Part shown: positions 38,321-51,840 of the stretch, one piece after another
How the letters are laid out: every line of letters starts with the position of its first letter
Position numbering within the stretch: position 1 is the first letter of the stretch
Source: Kondoa subrosea
Lineage: Eukaryota
Direction of reading: 5' to 3'
DNA length: 64,000 bases
Assembly: GCA_039545335.1 (NCBI GenBank)
Contig: BCIN01000007.1
Coordinates: 496,001-560,000 of the forward strand
Translations under genes and position numbers: made by a program
The notes under the pieces: model-generated
Databases searched by the model: none
What the model was told of the DNA's origin: nothing
Seen by the model: the letters and a program-made list of their open reading frames with translations, nothing else

Positions 38321-40091
38321 AGTATATAATACAGATACAGGTGTATAATGTCTAGGTATAGCGAAGAATGTCCAAGATATAAACTGGATCACGGTTTGGA
38401 ACAAGCAAGCAATAACAAGAAGGAAAGACTCCCCTGGCAAGCAAACTGACTGCCACTCTCTTGTATACATACAATGCTATCTCTATGCTTGCTTCCTTTT
38501 CTTCATAAATCGAGGGGCTGCTCGAACATCTTCGTCGGATCTCACGACCATGGAACAATGTCCGTGTTTGCTCGCAATGCGCTAAAGCGGACAGCACCAT
38601 TGTGTGCAAGTCTGCGCAAAGACTGCACTCCCCAAAGTCGTGGCTTGTCCTCTGGTCATCCAACTCTATTGCATTTGACCCAGCAGCAAGGACCAGTACC
38701 TTGGCTGTAGCAATACGTCAGACAGTCGATGGACAGCTGCAGCTATCTTCGATGTTCCAACTCTATGTTTCGTTGAAGTCATTTTCGCCTCGAGAATGCC
38801 TCAGGAGCGATGATGATTTATGGACATGTCCTCGACAAGTTTTCTTCTCGTTCCTCCCTCTGTTACTCGTACCTGCAAGCTTTCGGTTCTGATACACGCT
38901 ATCTGGCTGGCACTTTTATGTGGCTGGTATATTTCGTGAATTGACAGTCCGACCTGAAATCAAATCAAAGTGGCAAGAGCCTCACAAAACCAGATCATCC
39001 CTTCTTTGCCTCTCTTTCCTCATCAGCATTTTCCACTAAAAGCGAGCGAGTCTCCAGTATCTATCTTCGTCACTCATCTCTGTGCTTTTAGATGCTCTAT
39101 GCTTTGCTGGCCTTCCCAATGACCTCGTGAGTTGCTCACAATGCTCTTACACCGATTATATTGCTTACTGCCTGCTCTGTTAGATTGTGCTCTTTCATCA
39201 AGAACGACAAGGGGTCCGGCAAATAGTTGAGTAGGGTATCACCGACCCATAACGGTCGAGCCTAGCGCATTCGCCAGCGTCAAACCTCTATCATCACAGA
39301 GATCTATCTCTTACATAGTTGGGTTTGGCCAAAAGGTTGCAATGTTGGGTAAATCTACTACTCGTGCGGCTACTATTTCGATTCTTTTCCTTTCTTTTGG
39401 CCTTCGAGAAAGGAATCAAGCAAAGACGAGAAAGCTAGCCTCAAGTTTCTACTGCCCCTCGCAAGATCATCCGACACTCGATTCTGCTTGCGCTACTGGT
39501 CTTCCTTTTCTTGGCTTTTATATTGGTTCAGGGGCATTTGGAGTAGGTAGCATAGTATATAACAATGTATACACGCACTTTTGCTCGTGTAATTCGCACA
39601 TTCCAAACCAGTACTTTGTCTCAAATCACAAGGTCAACCGTTGACCAAAAACGAATATTGTCTCGAAAAGGCACCAAGAGTCCGTCTACTCTTAAATGTG
39701 AGTTTCAAAGAGGGACAAGTCAAGCGAGCGCTGCCGCTGCTATGTGTATCATGAGCCCGGGATAGTATTCAAGTTCTCCGCTTAGTGCGAAATGGTACAG
39801 GGCTCTGGGAAGCTGCCTTCATGTGTATTGGCTTTGATCTCTTCCTCGTGGCCATTCACAGCTCATCTGCTTCTCTTTCGGGCATTCTATCCATTCCTTG
39901 AGACTTCCGAAGGAGTCTTCTGTGGGTCAATGAAGTCTGTTCTTTGTTTGATCGATGTCGGCTTCTCCTCTCGTGACTCTCAATTGTTTGCTTTGTCCAT
40001 CTTAATCTGTACCACGACTAGTCATTCATTTGTCAAATCGCGATGCACTCGTTTCTTGATTTCGATTCGCCTGTGTCATCTTGCTTTGGCG

Positions 40092-40989
40092 ATGAAAGCC
40101 CTTCTACTAGCGACCAACACTCAGAAGCATCAGTCGCAACTTCTATCAGCGAGGCTAGCAGAGAAAGTGAAGCTTCAAGTCAAGTAAGCTAAACCGCTAT
40201 GAAATCACGCTCAGATCTGACCTCGACTGTAGTACGCTGACTATGGCACTTTCATCGACACAGTCTTAGCGAAATCTCCTTCGCTTCTGCGACTGTCACC
40301 CTCTCATCCAACGCGACCTAACGCGCCGCCTTCCACAGAAGACGATCCGATGCCAGAAGCAGACTCGCCTACTTGCGGTAATTTCGAATCACTGGCGAAT
40401 CGCAATTCTTATGGCTCGACTCTCTCTTGCGGTGGATCTTCATACTCTGGAGACAGTCGTCTATCATTCGCCAGCGGAGAAGTTCTTCAACTGTGTAGTC
40501 CACCAGTCTCCCGCCGGAACAGCAAAATGAGCCAAACTTCTTCCACTTTCTCTTCCACTCGACCAATGTCCTCTGCTCGACCTTTTGGAAACCCTCGGTT
40601 CTCTTCTTCTTCCGCTGAGCTCAATCCAAGTGGTATGCAGAGGTCAAGTTTAACAGCTGCTGAAGCTTATCTGTACGTCTACTTCCCCTTTCATCTCATT
40701 CTAGATTGACAGGAAATGCAGGAATATGGTCCGGAGTCGATCTACTACTGAACTCGTTGAACAGCCATTCTCTTATCGAGCCACTCCATCACAAAAGAAG
40801 AGGTCTTCCAATACTTCTAGCTCAGCTTCTCGTTCTTCAGTACAGCAACTAGAGAACCGTAACCCTCGACCAGCGAGAGAGTTAACCAGAACTCCGGAAC
40901 ATAGTGGGAAAGTTGAAGTAGAGGGAGTCAAGACTTTGAGGAAAAGAATGAGTCTGTTCATTCGGAAACCTAAACGAGGAGATAATTAA
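40092..40989 (+). CDS. Hypothetical Ser/Arg-rich protein
   Basis: Exons 40092-40182, ~40232-40672 and ~40722-40989 separated by GT-AG introns. Confidence 0.55.
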
Positions 40990-41137
40990 GGACTGATGAT
41001 ATGAATGTATTGTAGTTGTGCTTTTGAGGAGATGTAATGACCGTTCTGAGGCGATGCGATGTTCAGGCTATGCCATTTCAACGAAATATCCTCTCTCTTG
41101 CTTTCTCTATCTCTTCTTTTTGCATTACTACTCAATC

Positions 41138-41722
41138 ATGTCTCCTCTTCAATCTAAGATGGACTCTTTAGTCATTCGACCGTTGCACGAGAAGGATGAC
41201 GGAAGGGGCCGAGTAGCGTTTCCCGTTTTATCTCTGCTCGAACTTCTAGAAGGTCCAATCCAAGATCTCAATTTGGCTACTATCAGGCCAGGCTGCGTCA
41301 GAGGAAACCATGTAAGATCTCGCTCGAACTGGAGATGAGGAGATAGCTGATGCGCGAAAGATAGTATCATCCGAATCATGATGAAGCATTCGTCGTGATG
41401 AGCAACACGACATGGAGTTTCCACTATGTAATTGCTCTGTGATAGCAGCAGACGTAGCTGACAGATCAAGCAGGATACGGGCGATGGAACAGCAGCACAG
41501 CATGAATCTTTTGGACCAGGAGCGGTCTTCTTAGGCATACCTAAAGGCTATGCGCACGCTATTCGATGCGATGGAGACACGGGAGAGGTTTTCTTTGCAG
41601 GAATGGCAGCGAGACCCTTTGAGTAAGTTTCTCGAGGCAGACAAATCATCGAAACTGAGGAAAGATGCAGTCCGAAAGATGAACAGAACGCGGTAGCAAG
41701 AGTAGTTTGCAAAGTAGAGTAG
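41138..41722 (+). CDS. Cupin protein resembling bacterial sugar-nucleotide epimerase/isomerase domains (CapF/WbjC C-terminal, WxcM/FdtA-like)
   Basis: DGRG..TIRPGCVRGNH|YHPNHDEAFVVM..IPKGYAHAIR..G..MAARPFD|P; 3 canonical introns. Confidence 0.75.
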
Positions 41723-42135
41723 AAGAAGCTAATGAGATCATGTATAGCGAGAGACGGAAGATTATCAATTTGACGAAAACTAAATAGCACAGGCATGGCT
41801 TGATAGGTCATTAGCGAAAGAGCAGTGTCCGTTTGCCTGAGAAGAGACCCTTGAGGCAGAGCCAGCTCGAGTTAATGCTAAGTGCTTAACACCTTCAATC
41901 TAAAACTTCCCTAAGCGAATTTCTTAGTTTCGTTTTTCCTCGACTTTGAGAAGATTGTGAGCTTTGCGTGACCATCAACGCATCGCAATACTGAGAGCAA
42001 CGCAATTCTAGCAAACCAATCAGGTTTGTCCCTCTTGTCGCAAAAATCTGTCAAACTTGCATCTCACCACCTCAACGCAGGCTTTGCATCTTTCTTTCCA
42101 TTGAATACAGTCCCGTTTAGACCTATAACGACACC

Positions 42136-43325
42136 ATGGCCAGAGGAGCAAGTCTTTTTATTGAAACTTTCAGGAGAATCCAGCTAATCTGGTTTCTCAC
42201 AGCCAAAGAAACATCTGTACGCTTTAGTTTAAAGCAGTCGAGATTCCACAGTCAGGACTTAGCTTCCGTGTGTGAATAGAAAACGTTTGGCAGCTCCATC
42301 ATCATGGATGCTTTCCAAGTTGGGCGGTACTTGGGCACCAAGGCAAGTCATTCAGCTTGTCCCTGTGCAGAACCAGCACCAATACTTTTGTGAACAGGCC
42401 AAGTCCTGGTCCACACAAGCTTAGAGAATCGCTTCCTCTTTCAGTTTTCATCCGCAACAGGCTCAAGTATGCCTTGACTGGTCGGGAAGTCACCCTGATT
42501 GTCGCTCAACGCCTGATCAAGGTCGACGGCAAAGTGAGAACCGACACTAACTACCCTGCTGGATTCATGGGTTAGTCTAAACATTTCTTCAGAGGGACGT
42601 AGGTTGAAGAGTCTGGCCAGATGTCATCTCCATCGAAAAGTCTGGCGAACACTTCCGCCTCTTGTACGATGTCAAGGGTCGATTCACCATTCACAGAATC
42701 ACTCCTGAAGAAGCTCAATGTGCGTGTGGCTTGCGAAATGATCGGTTTTCATCTCATTTATTGCTTCATGCACAGACAAGCTCTGCAAAGTGAAGCGTGT
42801 ACAGCTCGGACACAAGGGCGTCCCATACCTTGTCACCCACGATGGCCGAACTATCCGCTACCCTGACCCAGCTATCCGCGTCAACGACACTATCCGCCTC
42901 ACTCTTCCTACCAAAGTCTCATCCGACGAAAAGCCAAAAGCAGTTGGCGTTGCACCTCACGGAGTAGCACCTTCACCAAAAATTGACGGCTTCATTCACT
43001 TCGAAGTTGGCAACCTTGTTTCATGCACAGGTGGTCGCAACATGGGACGTGTTGGAACAGTCGTATCAAAAGAACGTCATTTGGGTGGTTTCGATATCGT
43101 TCACGTTAGAGATGCTATGGACAAGGAATTCTCTACAAGAGCTGGAAACGTTTTCGTCATTGGCGAAGGCAATAAGCCTTGGGTCTCCCTACCAAGAAAC
43201 AAGGGTATCAAGCTTTCCATTACTGAAGGTTTGTTCTTTGGCTCTTGGGTGATAGACATCCACTAAATGGCCTGGATGATTAAATAGAGCGCGATCAAAG
43301 AAGAAGACAAAAGCAGCAAGATTAG
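42136..43325 (+). CDS. RPS4: 40S ribosomal protein S4 (eS4)
   Basis: [64 protein letters not shown]. Confidence 0.97.
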
Positions 43326-44196
43326 AGAAATCTTAGCTAGCAAATCTTCGCATTGGGTTTTCTTTGGGCACCGAGTAGATGTAACGCTGACCATTGGACC
43401 TCAAGTCGACATTGTGCTGTTTTTCTCTGATTTGTTTCTCTCTTCTTCGCCTTCTTCCTTCGTCAATTAGGCATTTGCTCTCTTTCCTGTGCGCGCGAGC
43501 GCGTAGTTCGGATCGTCTCTTACGTTGCCAAAGATGTCTTTCTGCTCCGCAACTTGTTCTTCATATTACTCTGTCACGATTCTATCTCTTCCTGAGGACT
43601 CTCTCTCCACGTAAAACCTCGTCCTTTGCGTTGTTAAGTATAGAAATCAACTCGCCAAAATGAATAGTCATCGGCAAGGTCACTCGACTTCAGCCTAAAA
43701 TGCTGGAAATATAGAGGGAAAAGGCCCTCCACAGGAATATAGCACGCGTGGTTCATAGACAGCATGACATAGTATACCGAACGCAATCAAGCAGCGACAC
43801 TCTCGAGAAGCTTTGAGAAGTCTGCCTTTCATTGAAATCGCGCGACTCTTGGTTTTGATTCTGAATAGCGACCCAGGGAATTTGCCTAGGAGCGCTAGCT
43901 CCTGACCTTTTGGACCTAACCTGCTTTCGGTCTGGGCACGTTTCCTATTACGCAAAGAAAAGCTATGCGATCTGGTATTGTAGCACGGGCCCTGGGCAGG
44001 CATGTCATCGGTCGTTGCCGCTAGAGAATCTCCTCAGCCTTGTCATGTGTATCATTCTAGCATAATACAGTCATGCTCTAGTTTCCCCTAAAGCTTCCCA
44101 TCGCTTGATCGGGATTGCAGTGATGATGGTATCGAAATGCATGGGTGCAGAAGTATGTCATATGAGAAGCGACTGACTTAGGACGGCTGTCTTGAA

Positions 44197-46405
44197 TTAC
44201 CCGACGAGCCAAAGTGATATTGCTGTAACGGTTCTGTTCCATCTTGTCAGCGAAGCAAAGCAAACTTTATAACGTCGCGCACGATGATGTCAAAAATAGA
44301 CAGGTATCTGTAGAGCGTAAGGCTGAGCTGAGGATGAGTCTCGCAGCAGATAAAGACATACATTGTGCCACCAAAAACATGGCTAGCGTATCCAAGTTTC
44401 GCCCATCTCGAAGGAATAAGCTGGTAGCCACTAACTGATTGACCGAGCTTGCACTTCCAGAGGAGACGAGAGCTACGAAGGACAGCACTGAGGTATCATC
44501 AGCTTATGCGTAAAATCTCTCTACTCAAAATCTGACTGACTTTTCTGATCACGAGGAAACAATTCTGTGGTTGTCCGCAGCCCAACAACGACTAGTACTC
44601 CGAATAAAGGCTGCAACACCAGTTTTGCGATTGTACAGGCCTGAGACATCGGAGAAAGTCAGGAATGTCAGAGACTGGTCAATCTGACTTACGGCAATAG
44701 CAGCTAGAGGCATGCGTTTCACGCGCTCTTTGCTAAATTTCAGACGCGCGAATGATACACCAAGCAGGACCAAACTGGTGCTAGGGTAAAAATGAGATAA
44801 GCGCTTTATGTTTGAGTCTTTGGCTTACGGAACAGAAAGAGCACCGACGAAGCGAGTGAACTGCTTTGTGTGGTCAGAATCATTTGTCAAGCTCCTGTTG
44901 TTACGTACATCGTAGATGAAATTTAAGGGCGGCTGTCCATCAGGTGCAGTTGGCATTCTCGTGCCAGTCCAGCCAGGCGTCGGAAAGATGAGGGACTTGA
45001 GAGGTAGGACGATGGAGAAGGGAATGGAAATAAACATGGCGATCGTCACAGGTTGTACCATCCTCCGCAAAGATGCTAAAAGTGCGAGGAAGAAGCCTCT
45101 AGCTGGCGTGGATACCGTATCTGTAACAATTGGAGACGTTCTGGGAGCTTGAGAGGTAGGTAGATCTTGCGAGAGGGGCATTTCGAAACCAGCAGCCTCG
45201 ATAGTGTCCGGCTTCGCTTTAGCTTCAGGTATTTCCATCTCTTCAGAGTCTGGCACTGCAACATACATTTTGTTCAAATAAATCACATTTTGAGCGGGCA
45301 GGGCGAACCTGAAACAATCTTCTTTCTGCCCGCAAGTCGGCGGAACATATTGCTAAGCTGTCGTTTCCTCCTCACCAAACGGCCTGCAAAAGTACGAGGT
45401 GTTTCGTCTACGTTGTCGCGAAGATCCCAGCCAAGAACCTGAGACCTCTCAGCATCTTTCATTTCACGTTCATGATCGGTCAACTGACGTTAAAGAGACC
45501 TGTCTTTGCTTTTAGAGCGGACTGTAGACCACACACATCAAAGCAGTACTTACCCGTTCCATACATCATGAGCTGCGACATGAAGACGAAGATCGAGACA
45601 TCTATTCGACCTGAGATCATCAAGGTTGAGCAGGAAGAGAAGAACACTCACAAGCTACGCCCAGATCGACGTCAGTATTCGGATCAAAAGGCTTCTGTAG
45701 AGCTACAGATTGCACGATAGCAGTTGGCTGAAAGACCTGTCAGTTTGCAAAGCAAGGGTGTGCTGTGGACAAACCAGATTTCTAAGACCGAATCGGCATC
45801 AGCTGGCGATGCTTACGGGCAGCGGAAACTGACCCCCAATTGCTGATCGCGAGAAGAACGAGGACACCATATTGAAAATCTTTCGGAATATAGAAGATCT
45901 CCCTGCTTACTCGTGAGCTTTTGACTATAATATGATATTACGTACACCACTCACCGAATGATTAAACCCTGAAAGCAACCGAAAGTCTGTAGAAGCAGAG
46001 CCATCATGGCTGAATAAGGCAGCATGAACACGGAAACCATTTCTCATTGACAGCAATCTACCTAAGGGGCCAAAATTGCTGATGTTGTCTTCATTGAAAC
46101 TTGAGATCATAGAAGAGAAGAGCAGGCAAGGTAAAGCTATAGTCATGCAGAGTACTCCGCTAGCCTTCGAAGCGGCAGGAGGAAAGAGTCCTTTTTTGGA
46201 GATAGTGTATCCGCATCCGATAGTTAGTACGAGCTGATTCAATTGATCAGTACAGTTCTTCGGGAATGATACAATTCTGGCCATCACCTTCAACGTAGGC
46301 TTGAATCCAGCCCAAACATATTGACCTAACAAGTGAAAGAGATACGGCACAGCCTCATCAAAGGGATCCTTATCAAACGCGACGCTTTCGCTCACCTGCG
46401 GACAT
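44197..46405 (-). CDS. Auxin-efflux-carrier (PIN-like/Mem_trans) membrane transporter
   Basis: MSAGQYVWAGFKPTLK, IALPCLLFSSM, DGQPPLNFIYD..FVGALSVP..LVLLG, SSVNQLVAT; many introns. Confidence 0.8.
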
Positions 46406-46829
46406 TGTTCCGGTTTGCGACAAATCAAATAGAATACATAAGCCGTGATAAGCGAGCGTAAAATGCAGGAAGAGGAGCACCGCTTGTACGTGACTCGACC
46501 GGCGGAGTGAAAATGCGTGCAGTGCCAAGGCTCTGGTAGCCGAGCAGCGTCGATCAAGCTGCTCCAGATAGCAACAGGATACCAGTACTGTAAGAGCACA
46601 AGAAGAAGAAGCAAGGCGGAGGGAAAGAACAGATCGACACGCGAATTGTAATAGTCGATAAATTGGCGAATTGCAAAGCTTGCACGAAACAGCCAATGGG
46701 GATGGCAGCCTGATCGAGTATGCGAGCTCGACTGCAAAATATACTGGTCCAGCTTGTAAGGTCAAGACGACGCGCAAAAGAAAGCTTTTAACGACCTGGC
46801 CATAGCACGGGCTTTAGGTAGGCACGCCG

Positions 46830-49172
46830 TCATCGATTGCTGTTGGTAGAGACGCTTGTATCCTCGCTATCTGAATCGTTAGGGCATAATATAGTTATGC
46901 TCTGGTTTCTAGTTTCGACATTTCTCTCGACGCATCTACCAAACTTCCCTCTTGACCAAATTTCTTCGGTAGCACCAGATAAGCTTCCGTTCCATCTTCC
47001 ATACGCTGAGCTATTCCCCATTGCGAAGTTCCAGTCCGAACATAACATTGCGTAACAACAGGTTCCCTATTTCATTTTCTTAGTCTAGAGTTTGACTCAA
47101 TGGGGGATGCACTGACAAATGAAAAGACTTCTGCCCAGCAAGTAAAGCGCCCATCACATCAGCTTCCTTCGCAGCGTTTTTGCTGCCACTCCAATTTTCG
47201 CCCGGATCAGGCCATTCATAAGCTCTATATGTTCCTTTTGATGAGTTATAAAGTAGATGTCTGTACTCGAGAGAAGGAGTGTATGACTGAATTGGAGGCA
47301 GGGTAAGGTAAGAAAGGAACTCGAGCAGGTCTTCTTCGAGGTGTTCGATTGCTTCAAAATGAATGACAGCTAAAATCAAACATTCCCTCTGTTCACTAGA
47401 TCAGTCGAGTCAAATCAGACGCAAGAGAAATTTTACTTACCTTCAGACAAATCAGGTCTGCCCATTTCTCCGCATCAGCCAAATAGATCTTCTTGCGCAG
47501 AACGACAGTAGCTTGATGTTCAGGCAAAGGTAGATCAGGCAACTCATCCATGACACTTTGCACTTTCTTTGCCTCTCCCTCTTTGCTTTGCTGAAGCTCT
47601 TCATTCTGATCATTTTGAATACAAGAAAATACTTTGATTTCCGATGCTCGAGGAGTCAAATCTTCCTCCATCGCTTCTAATCTGGAATCTTCTTTAGTAT
47701 AACCACTTTTTTCAGCCAATTTGGCGATATGATCAGCTATATCGCTGTCGTCCGAATCGGTGTCTTGATCAGGATCGGACATGGCTTCTGCTATTTCATC
47801 CACGTTGACTTGGGCATCCAGATTTGTTGGTATATCAGGAGATAACTGAGGTTTTGAAGAAGGTGAAGGAGGTTTGGGTAAAGCAGAAGTTGAAGGGATC
47901 AAAGGTTTTGGTTTGTTTCCCCACGAAACGGATCGCATCCATCCACCGCCGCTTGAAGCTTGTTCAGGTACTTTACCTGTAGGAGCAGGCTTCGATTCAA
48001 TTGTAGTATTAGTAGTAGAAGAAGAGTAGAAAGAAGGTAAAGCAAGATAAGATCCTAATCCTCCCATTCCAAGCGTGTTCTTCCATCCTTCAGCTTTGAT
48101 AGTCCCATCTTGTGCTTTTTCTTTGCCTTTGCTTTTTGAGCTCTGCTTTACTGCATCTGCTTTCGGCTTTTTTGAACAAACAGTGGAACTAAGGTATTGT
48201 TTTAATATTGCAGAATCTGTGTTCGATAGAATAGGAGTTGAAGAAAAGAGAAGTTCATTGTGCTCGAAAAGCTGTAAATCTAGCGAAGGATGACGTTGAC
48301 GTAGAGTTGCATAGGATTGTGAAGTCTCTAAATCAATTTGAGGATCAATACTTTGTACAGCTGAGCTTCTCATTAGCCAGATTGTTTAGAATGTAAGAGG
48401 ACTGCTGACCTGCTAGGTGCTGATGCAGATTTAATCGGCCCAAAGTGAAGGAGTCAGCTGCCCAAGCGGATATCCACTCGCTGTAGAATGTTTCTAGCTT
48501 GGTCTCTAATGCTGAACGACCTTTGCTAGTCAATATGGACGAGAAGCTGCCGTTCAGTAACTTCAAGAAGGTCAGCAAACTACAAGCATCGGATGAAAAG
48601 ATGCTCACTCGAAAGATCTGATAGGCTTGATTCAAGGAAGAAAGGAATACTTCATCCTCTAAGCCGTCATCAGATGGGATGAATTTGCTCTCTTGGCTTG
48701 AATGAGAGTTTTGAGAGGCATTAGATGTTGCTCGAGTATGACCACCGCTGCCTGAGGGTGCAGGATATCGAGCTAGATCTATTGCCTAGGGATCGTATGA
48801 GATATGCAAAGAGTTCATATGGAAGAGAACGGACGACATGAACAAAGTAACCTGGTTCTGGTTCGATGAAGATCATTCTTTGGGAAGAGGTATGGACTGT
48901 TCGAATCTCTTGCTGAGGGTTCGACAGCATTCTGGATACTTTATCAGAGCTGCTCACTTAGAAGAAACAGCAAGCACAAACCTCGTAAAGTCTACTAGAC
49001 CTTGAGCGAGTCCTAGCTTCCTATGCTTCCGATCATCGTCCAATTCTTCAGAGGAAGACAAGAAGAGCAAAAGATCATCCCGTTGGCGCTTGTCCTCATG
49101 TTGTTGCTCAGCCAGACTTCGATTCCAAACGATAAGACTGCCTATGGAGCAGAAAGGTTGCGACAGAGGCAT
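46830..49172 (-). CDS. CCZ1: Vacuolar fusion protein Ccz1 (longin domain; Mon1-Ccz1 GEF)
   Basis: SLIVWNRSL..LLLF..KHRKLGLAQGLVDFTR..VHTSSQRMIFIEPEPGYFVH; AYQIF.LLNGSF. Confidence 0.75.
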
Positions 49173-50186
49173 AGCTCGCGTTCTAAGTGCATAGGGTATC
49201 GCTGAGCTATTGAAGAAGCTCTGATTAGGTATAGGGCACCCGTGGCTGCTTCATGACACGCTCGAAATATTGGAATGCAATCTTAACCTCGGACCGTCGC
49301 GTGACCTTGGGCGATTCTTGGCTTGTCCGATGCTGGAGCTCGCTCTGCTTGAAGGACTGGACTACCCTGGCTAGCGCATTCTGGCACTTGCAATTGCGTT
49401 GATCGCAAATGGCCGAAAACAACCGCGCTGTCACTTGCTGGCTTTCCTCGCCGATTCAGTTTCTTGCTATTCTTCATGTTTACTGTCATTGGCAACCAAT
49501 TGAGGTCTTTGGCGTAGTTGCGCTGGCTTTGTACGACGTTTGCTGTCCTGTTCAGACCGGAGATACAATATGCCTCGAACGAAACTTTCAATCATACAAT
49601 CGTGAGATCAATTAATGACTGACGGTGTCTGTCTTCTATGTATCGCCAAAACGATCTTGTACTCACTGTCTTGGTCAAGCATTCCAGAAAAGTGTACAAA
49701 GATGATTTTCTTTGCTTCGATTGATTTGATCGCTGCCGTCTCTCGCTTCTACTGATCGGTTGTCATTCGCTGCATCTTGTTCGACCACGTGAACACTGCA
49801 TGCGTGGTGATGTTTCAGTGGCTTCCTCCGCCTACGTTATATGTACGGGAATGTTTCCTTTGTTGCAACTTTACCTCGGTGTTTAGCAATCGCTGTCCAT
49901 GCATCAGAAGCCTACTAGGGTCTCAAGAGTCAAGAACTCGCGTCAAATGCACAAGGCTGTCTTGAGATCTGATAAGGGACGGGATTGCACAAGTCTGAAA
50001 ATTGGCAAATCTAAGGCGTCCTGCATAGTGAACTACATAATAATTCAATGCATAGCTGCTCATGCCTCTAGAAGCCTATCTAACCCCGGACATTTTTCTT
50101 TATCAGCCCAAAAAGTTTTCCGGTCGCTTTGAGTCAACACACACCAAGATTGCGGAACTTCTCGTAACAACGATACCGATAAAACC

Positions 50187-51840
50187 ATGTCGGCCCCAAT
50201 CAGACAAAGTGCTAGACAAGTAGCTAGAGCAGCACGTCAAGCTACTACTGCCAACAACAAAAAGCCAGCTGTTCGAGCTCTCTCCGTTTTGGCTTCAAGC
50301 CCAAAGATTGGTTCGACTAAAGTTGCTACTCCTTTCGTGCGTTTGCCCTGGCTTTATGCTGCGTTAGAAGCTAAGGCTCGAGGGGTCATGCACAGCTATC
50401 GAGAGGTGTAAAGACTTTAGATTTCGCTGGCTCAAAGGAAAAAGTATACGAGCGAGCCGACTGGCCATTAGACAGACTGCACGAATATTTCAAGAACGAC
50501 ACTCTTGCTTTGATTGGATATGGTTCTCAGGGTTAGTCTTATCGAAGTGTTTGGAGTTTAGGGCTGGATTTAATCCTGTTTGCATACAGGTCATGGACAA
50601 GGTTTGAATGCGCGTGATGTAAGTTATAATAGGCTGGGGAGAGGTATCAGAGCTTATGCGGAAGATAGAACGGCATGAATGTCATTGTCGGTGTAAGGAA
50701 AGATGGTGAAAGTTGGAAAATGGCTCAAGAAGATGGTTGGGTGCGCGAAGTCCCTAGCTAGCATACTCATATGCTGAGCGAAGCGTATTGGTGCACAGGT
50801 AGAAGGCAAGAACTTGTTCTCTATCGAAGAAGCTCTTGAAAAGGGTACCATCATCATGAACTTGCTTTCCGATGCTTCTCAATCCACTCAATGGGAAATG
50901 ATGAAGCCTTACCTCGTCAAGGGCAAGACTCTTTACTTCTCTCACGGTTTCTCCGTTGTCTACAAAGAAGACACAGGTGTCATTCCTCCTACCGATATTG
51001 ATGTAATTCTCGTTGCACCAAAGGGATCTGGCCGGACTGTACGAACTCTCTTCAAGGAAGGTCGCGGAATCAACGTGCGTATGTTTGTATTGTTATACGA
51101 TATCGCTGACGGCTACACATGTAGTCCTCCATCGCTGTCTTCCAAGACGTTACTGGCAAAGCTCACGAAAAAGCTCAAGCCCTGGCTGTTGCCATCGGTT
51201 CAGGCTACTCTTACGAAACCACCTTCCAGAAAGAAGTCTACTCTGATCTGTATGGTGAACGAGGTGTTCTCATGGGTGGTATTCAAGGCATGTTCTTGGC
51301 TCAATATCAAGTAAGCGCGGTGTCTTTCTTTATCTAGTCTATGAACCAATCGTTTTTCTTCTCTTTAGGTACTCAGGAAGAACGGTCACACTCCTTCGGA
51401 AGCTTTCAACGAAACTGTTGAAGAAGCTACTCAATCTCTCTTCCCTCTCATTGTGCGTACTTCAACCCCTCTGGCTTAATGCCATCCCTCAAGCTCTATG
51501 TATAGGGTCAATACGGAATGGACTACATGTACGCAGCTTGCTCTACCACAGCTCGTCGAGGAGCATTAGATTGGGCACCCAAATTCGAAAAAGCTTGCTT
51601 GCCCGTTTTCGAAGAATTGTACGAATCCGTAAAGAACGGTTCGGAAACTCGTCGTTCTTTGGAATTCAACAACAGAAAAACTTATCGTCAAGATTTGGCC
51701 AAGGAGTGAGTTGTTTTCCCCTCTTACAATGATAATGGTAGAATAGAGTGATTGATCTGGTTCTCTAGATTGGCGGAAATTGATAACCAGGAAATCTGGA
51801 GAGCTGGAAAGACTGTTAGAACTCTTCGACCAGAGACTAA
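50187..51840 (+). CDS. ILV5: Mitochondrial ketol-acid reductoisomerase
   Basis: ALIGYGSQGHGQGLNARD, NLLSDA, LYFSHGFS, VAPKGSGRTVR, SDLYGERGVLMG, CSTTARRGALDW. Confidence 0.97.

Noticed and set aside
43394..44100. Short ORFs and pyrimidine-rich tract after RPS4
   Set aside because: No consistent gene model or recognisable RNA motif
46406..46777. ORFs 45925-46737 and 46373-46777 upstream parts
   Set aside because: Likely 5'UTR/promoter of the carrier gene, which starts at ATG 46405
49225..49965. Possible minus-strand gene or snoRNA cluster between CCZ1 and ILV5
   Set aside because: Splice-like signals are present but I could not build a continuous frame or convincing C/D boxes
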